From Mobula birostris (taxonomy: Eukaryota): a stretch of DNA of 64,000 nucleotides. The stretch covers positions 127,523,731-127,587,730 of the forward strand of contig NC_092378.1 in the NCBI RefSeq assembly GCF_030028105.1. The letters run 5' to 3'. The notes beneath the pieces were generated by a model. That model did no database searches, was not told the origin of the DNA, and was given only the letters and a program-made list of their open reading frames with translations. Shown one piece after another: positions 61,270 to 64,000 of this stretch (position 1 is its first letter; every line of letters begins with the position of its first letter). Both the position numbers and the translations under genes were made by a program.

Positions 61270-61462
61270 GATACACACAAAATGCCGAACCCTTCATTAG
61301 GACTGCCTTATCTATTCATCAGCAGTCCCGATGATGGGTTTTGGGTTGAAACGTCAACTGTTTACTCTTTTCCATAGATGCTGCCTGGCCTGCTGAGTTC
61401 CTCCAGCATTTTGTATGTATTACTTTCATTTCCAGCATCTGCAGATTTTCCCTTGTTTGTGA
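61270..61462. mobile_element. Penelope-like terminal repeat with an inverted partial copy, inserted in Gypsy pol
   Basis: ACCCTTCATTAGGACTGC...GCAGTCCCGATGATGGGT inverted pair, then GAAACGTCAACTG...TTTCCAGCATCTGCAGA. Confidence 0.75.
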
Positions 61463-63608
61463 CCAGTGAATGATGATCAGTAATGAGAGCAAACTTCTCT
61501 TCCATACAGTTACTGAATGAAACGTTTTACACTACAAACCAGATTCAAAGTCTCTCTGTCTATCTGTGTATAATTTTTCTATGCAATGGTAAGGGAACAT
61601 GATGCAAGGGCTGTGGGATGTTCACTTCCATCACTCATAACATGTTATGTGATTGCACTTATACAATAAGGTAACCTGAGTGCAGGTGCAGATTTTACTC
61701 CAGAAATAAGCCTGTTATAGTGATAAAGCCCTTTGTGAGACTTTATGATGACAAACACTTTGGACTCTTCTTCCATCTGTAGGTAGGCCTCAGCTAAGTC
61801 CATTTTGCTGAAGCATTTCCCTCCAGGAAGGTTTGCAAAGATATCCTCCATCCTGGGCAGATGGTATTCATCTACTTTCAATACTGGGTTGATGGTGACC
61901 TTAAAATCACCAGAATATCCATTCATCTTGACTACTGGGACCACTGGCATTGCCCATGGGCTCCACTCATTCTAGAAAGAACTCCGCCAGCCTCCATGCA
62001 TTTTAACTCACTGGCTACATTATCATGGATGGTATAAGGAATCAGATGGCCTTTGTAAAACTTGTGTGTGGCATTTTCATTTAACACTATTCTACCCTTG
62101 CTATGTTTTAGTTTTCCAATACCATCCTTGAACATTGCTGTGGCATCATCCAGTACCTTTCTTAATTCTTTTTCATTGTGGGGGTGTAGCATGCAAATGG
62201 TGGATAGATCTCCAATTAAGTTGTGGTTTATCAGCCAATCATGTCCCTACAATGCTGGCCCACCTGCTCTTACCACATGCCAGCCCAATGTGGCTTGATG
62301 GTTGTTGTATTTCACTGTCACAAATGTCAGTCCCACAGGAGTTATCATTTCTCCAGTGTAAGTTCTTTGTTGGATATGTGCAGGCTTCAGTTCAGTATCT
62401 TTGAATTGTCCTTCAAATGCATTTTGTGGAATGACTGAAACAGCCGAATCAGTGTCCAATTCCATTTAATTAATTTGCCATTCACTTCCGGTGTAAGCCA
62501 TATTGCTTGTCTATTGTTAGTTTTCACATTGTAAATCTCAAGACTATCCAGTTCTGTGTCATTTTCTGATTTTTCATGCTCACCATTTTCAGAGTTTTCA
62601 TCAACAGCAAGTAGATTAGTGCTCTTTTTGAAACTGCAACTTGACTGTTGTCCTTTATCTCTTCTCTGTGCAATCCATTTATTTTTGTCTGCCTGATATG
62701 CTCTGCATATTTGTGCTACTTTGTTGCATTTTCTGCAAGTTCCACCTTTAAATCTGCTTTGGTTTGGTGTAGGTGAGCCCTTGGTACAACAGTAACACAA
62801 TTCATTTGGCAAGGCAGGTTTGTGTTTAGACATTGCAATTTTGTTCATGCTCACATTCATTCTTGGTTGCAACTCAACTGCATCTCTGGCTGCTGTTTCA
62901 GTGATTTCAGCTGCTCTTTTAACTGTGATTTGAGCTTCAGTTAGGAGATGTTCTTGAATACTTTCTTGTAAGATTCAATAAACTAAGCAATCTCTCAGTG
63001 CATCACTAAGCCCATCACTGAACTGACAATGCTTGGATAATTTCTTCAATTCAGCTACATAAGTTGAAATGGACTCTCCTTCCTTTTCATCTTCTTATGA
63101 AATCTGTAATGTTCTGCAATCAACAATGGTTTTGGGGCTAAATGTTCCTGCATTACTCTCATGATATCAGCAAAGCTCATTTCGGCTGGGTTTGGTTGGA
63201 GCAGTGAAACCTCTAAGTAAACTGTATGCTTTTCTACCTATTACACTCAGCGAAACTGGCATTCACTCATTGGCTATTTCATTTGCTTCAAAATATTGCT
63301 CAATTCACTCATTACACATAATCCATTTATGTGTTGCAAACATATCTATCTTTCTGAAGTAGCCAGCCATTTTTGCTTTTTCTTTTATTTATTTATTATT
63401 ATTATCATCTGTGAATTTCCTCACTCGTGAATTTTGTCCATTTTCTTTCTTTTATTTAACTCAACTTTCTTACTGCGCTTCTGAAGAAAAAAGTGCTTTG
63501 CTTTTTAAAAAAACTTGAATGTCTCTCTCTCCCACTGTTGAGGAAAGATCATGTTATGCTTCAACATTTAGGTAGTCTTGGGTTGCTTTTAAACTTACTC
63601 ATTGCCAC

Positions 63609-63836
63609 TGCTATGTTTTGTAAAACATAAAACTAATCAAAAGAAAAACACGGAGCTGAAAATAACGTGTACTCTCGTTTTATTTTTATGGTAATGAGGT
63701 GTGCCATTATGACATGATGACGTAATGACGTATGCCATTTACGTGCTTTTACATATAACCTATAATGAATTATATCAACAACAAAGAATGCTTAATCAAA
63801 CAATATATTTACAATATTACTGGAATATTAAATACA
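63609..63836 (-). repeat. Gypsy 5' LTR
   Basis: Homologous to 59462-59705 and adjacent to the PBS-like motif. Confidence 0.8.
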
Positions 63837-64000
63837 CTGTAGTTTGGTTCAGACTTATTCAGTATTCATGCATTGGATGGAAGCACTGTGGCTAAGCCTG
63901 GCTAAGGCTTTCATACAACCTAGAGCACAGAATAGTACATCAGAGGAACAGGCCCTTTGGTCCATGATGTTGTGCTGAACTAATCAAACTAGTAATTTAA

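Larger units (their letters stand above)
59462..63836 (-). mobile_element. decayed Gypsy (Ty3) LTR retrotransposon
   Basis: Two related LTRs (59462-59705, 63609-63836); PBS-like TGGCAATGAG at 63598-63607 (minus); order gag, PR (ELDTDSAVS), RT (GDFKVTINP...EDIFANL...FSKMDLAEAYLQ), RH, IN (GVPELLVSDNGPQF...YHPAT); many stops and deletions. Confidence 0.9.

Noticed and set aside
42400-64000. Coding exons of SYT17 expected from recalled human synteny
   Set aside because: I found no match to the recalled SYT17 N-terminal peptides or C2 domains; micro-exons could have been missed by eye

Overview
Vertebrate genomic DNA, AT-rich and repeat-dense. The repeat content (CR1, HE1/V-SINE-like SINEs, Rex1/Babar, Penelope-like ends) points to a cartilaginous fish, probably a ray; that assignment is an inference. 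Two protein-coding genes are supported, both on the + strand. The first is the last 8 coding exons of a Notum-family carboxylesterase (429-24405, most like fish notum2, 5' exons outside the window) with an intact Ser/Asp/His triad. The second is the single-exon Mab-21/cGAS-fold gene ITPRIPL2 (40919-42376). The rest is mostly transposable-element debris: CR1, Rex1/Babar and RTE/RTE-X LINEs, several tRNA-derived SINE types, many Penelope-like (PLE) ends, Tc1/mariner and hAT elements, a Chapaev3-like element, and an old Gypsy LTR element (59462-63836). The most notable observations are: (a) about 11 PLE ends whose shared consensus is a minimal dimer-type hammerhead ribozyme; (b) a GC-AG intron splitting the codon of the Notum catalytic serine; (c) SINEs that share a head and core but have different tails, one matching the 3' end of a young RTE-X LINE in this window and bracketed by an inverted copy of its own tail; (d) a three-level Chapaev3>hAT>CR1 nest. 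I see no evidence of a wholly new gene system; these are unusual instances of known biology. TE family names come from recalled motifs rather than database searches, and most repeat boundaries are approximate.
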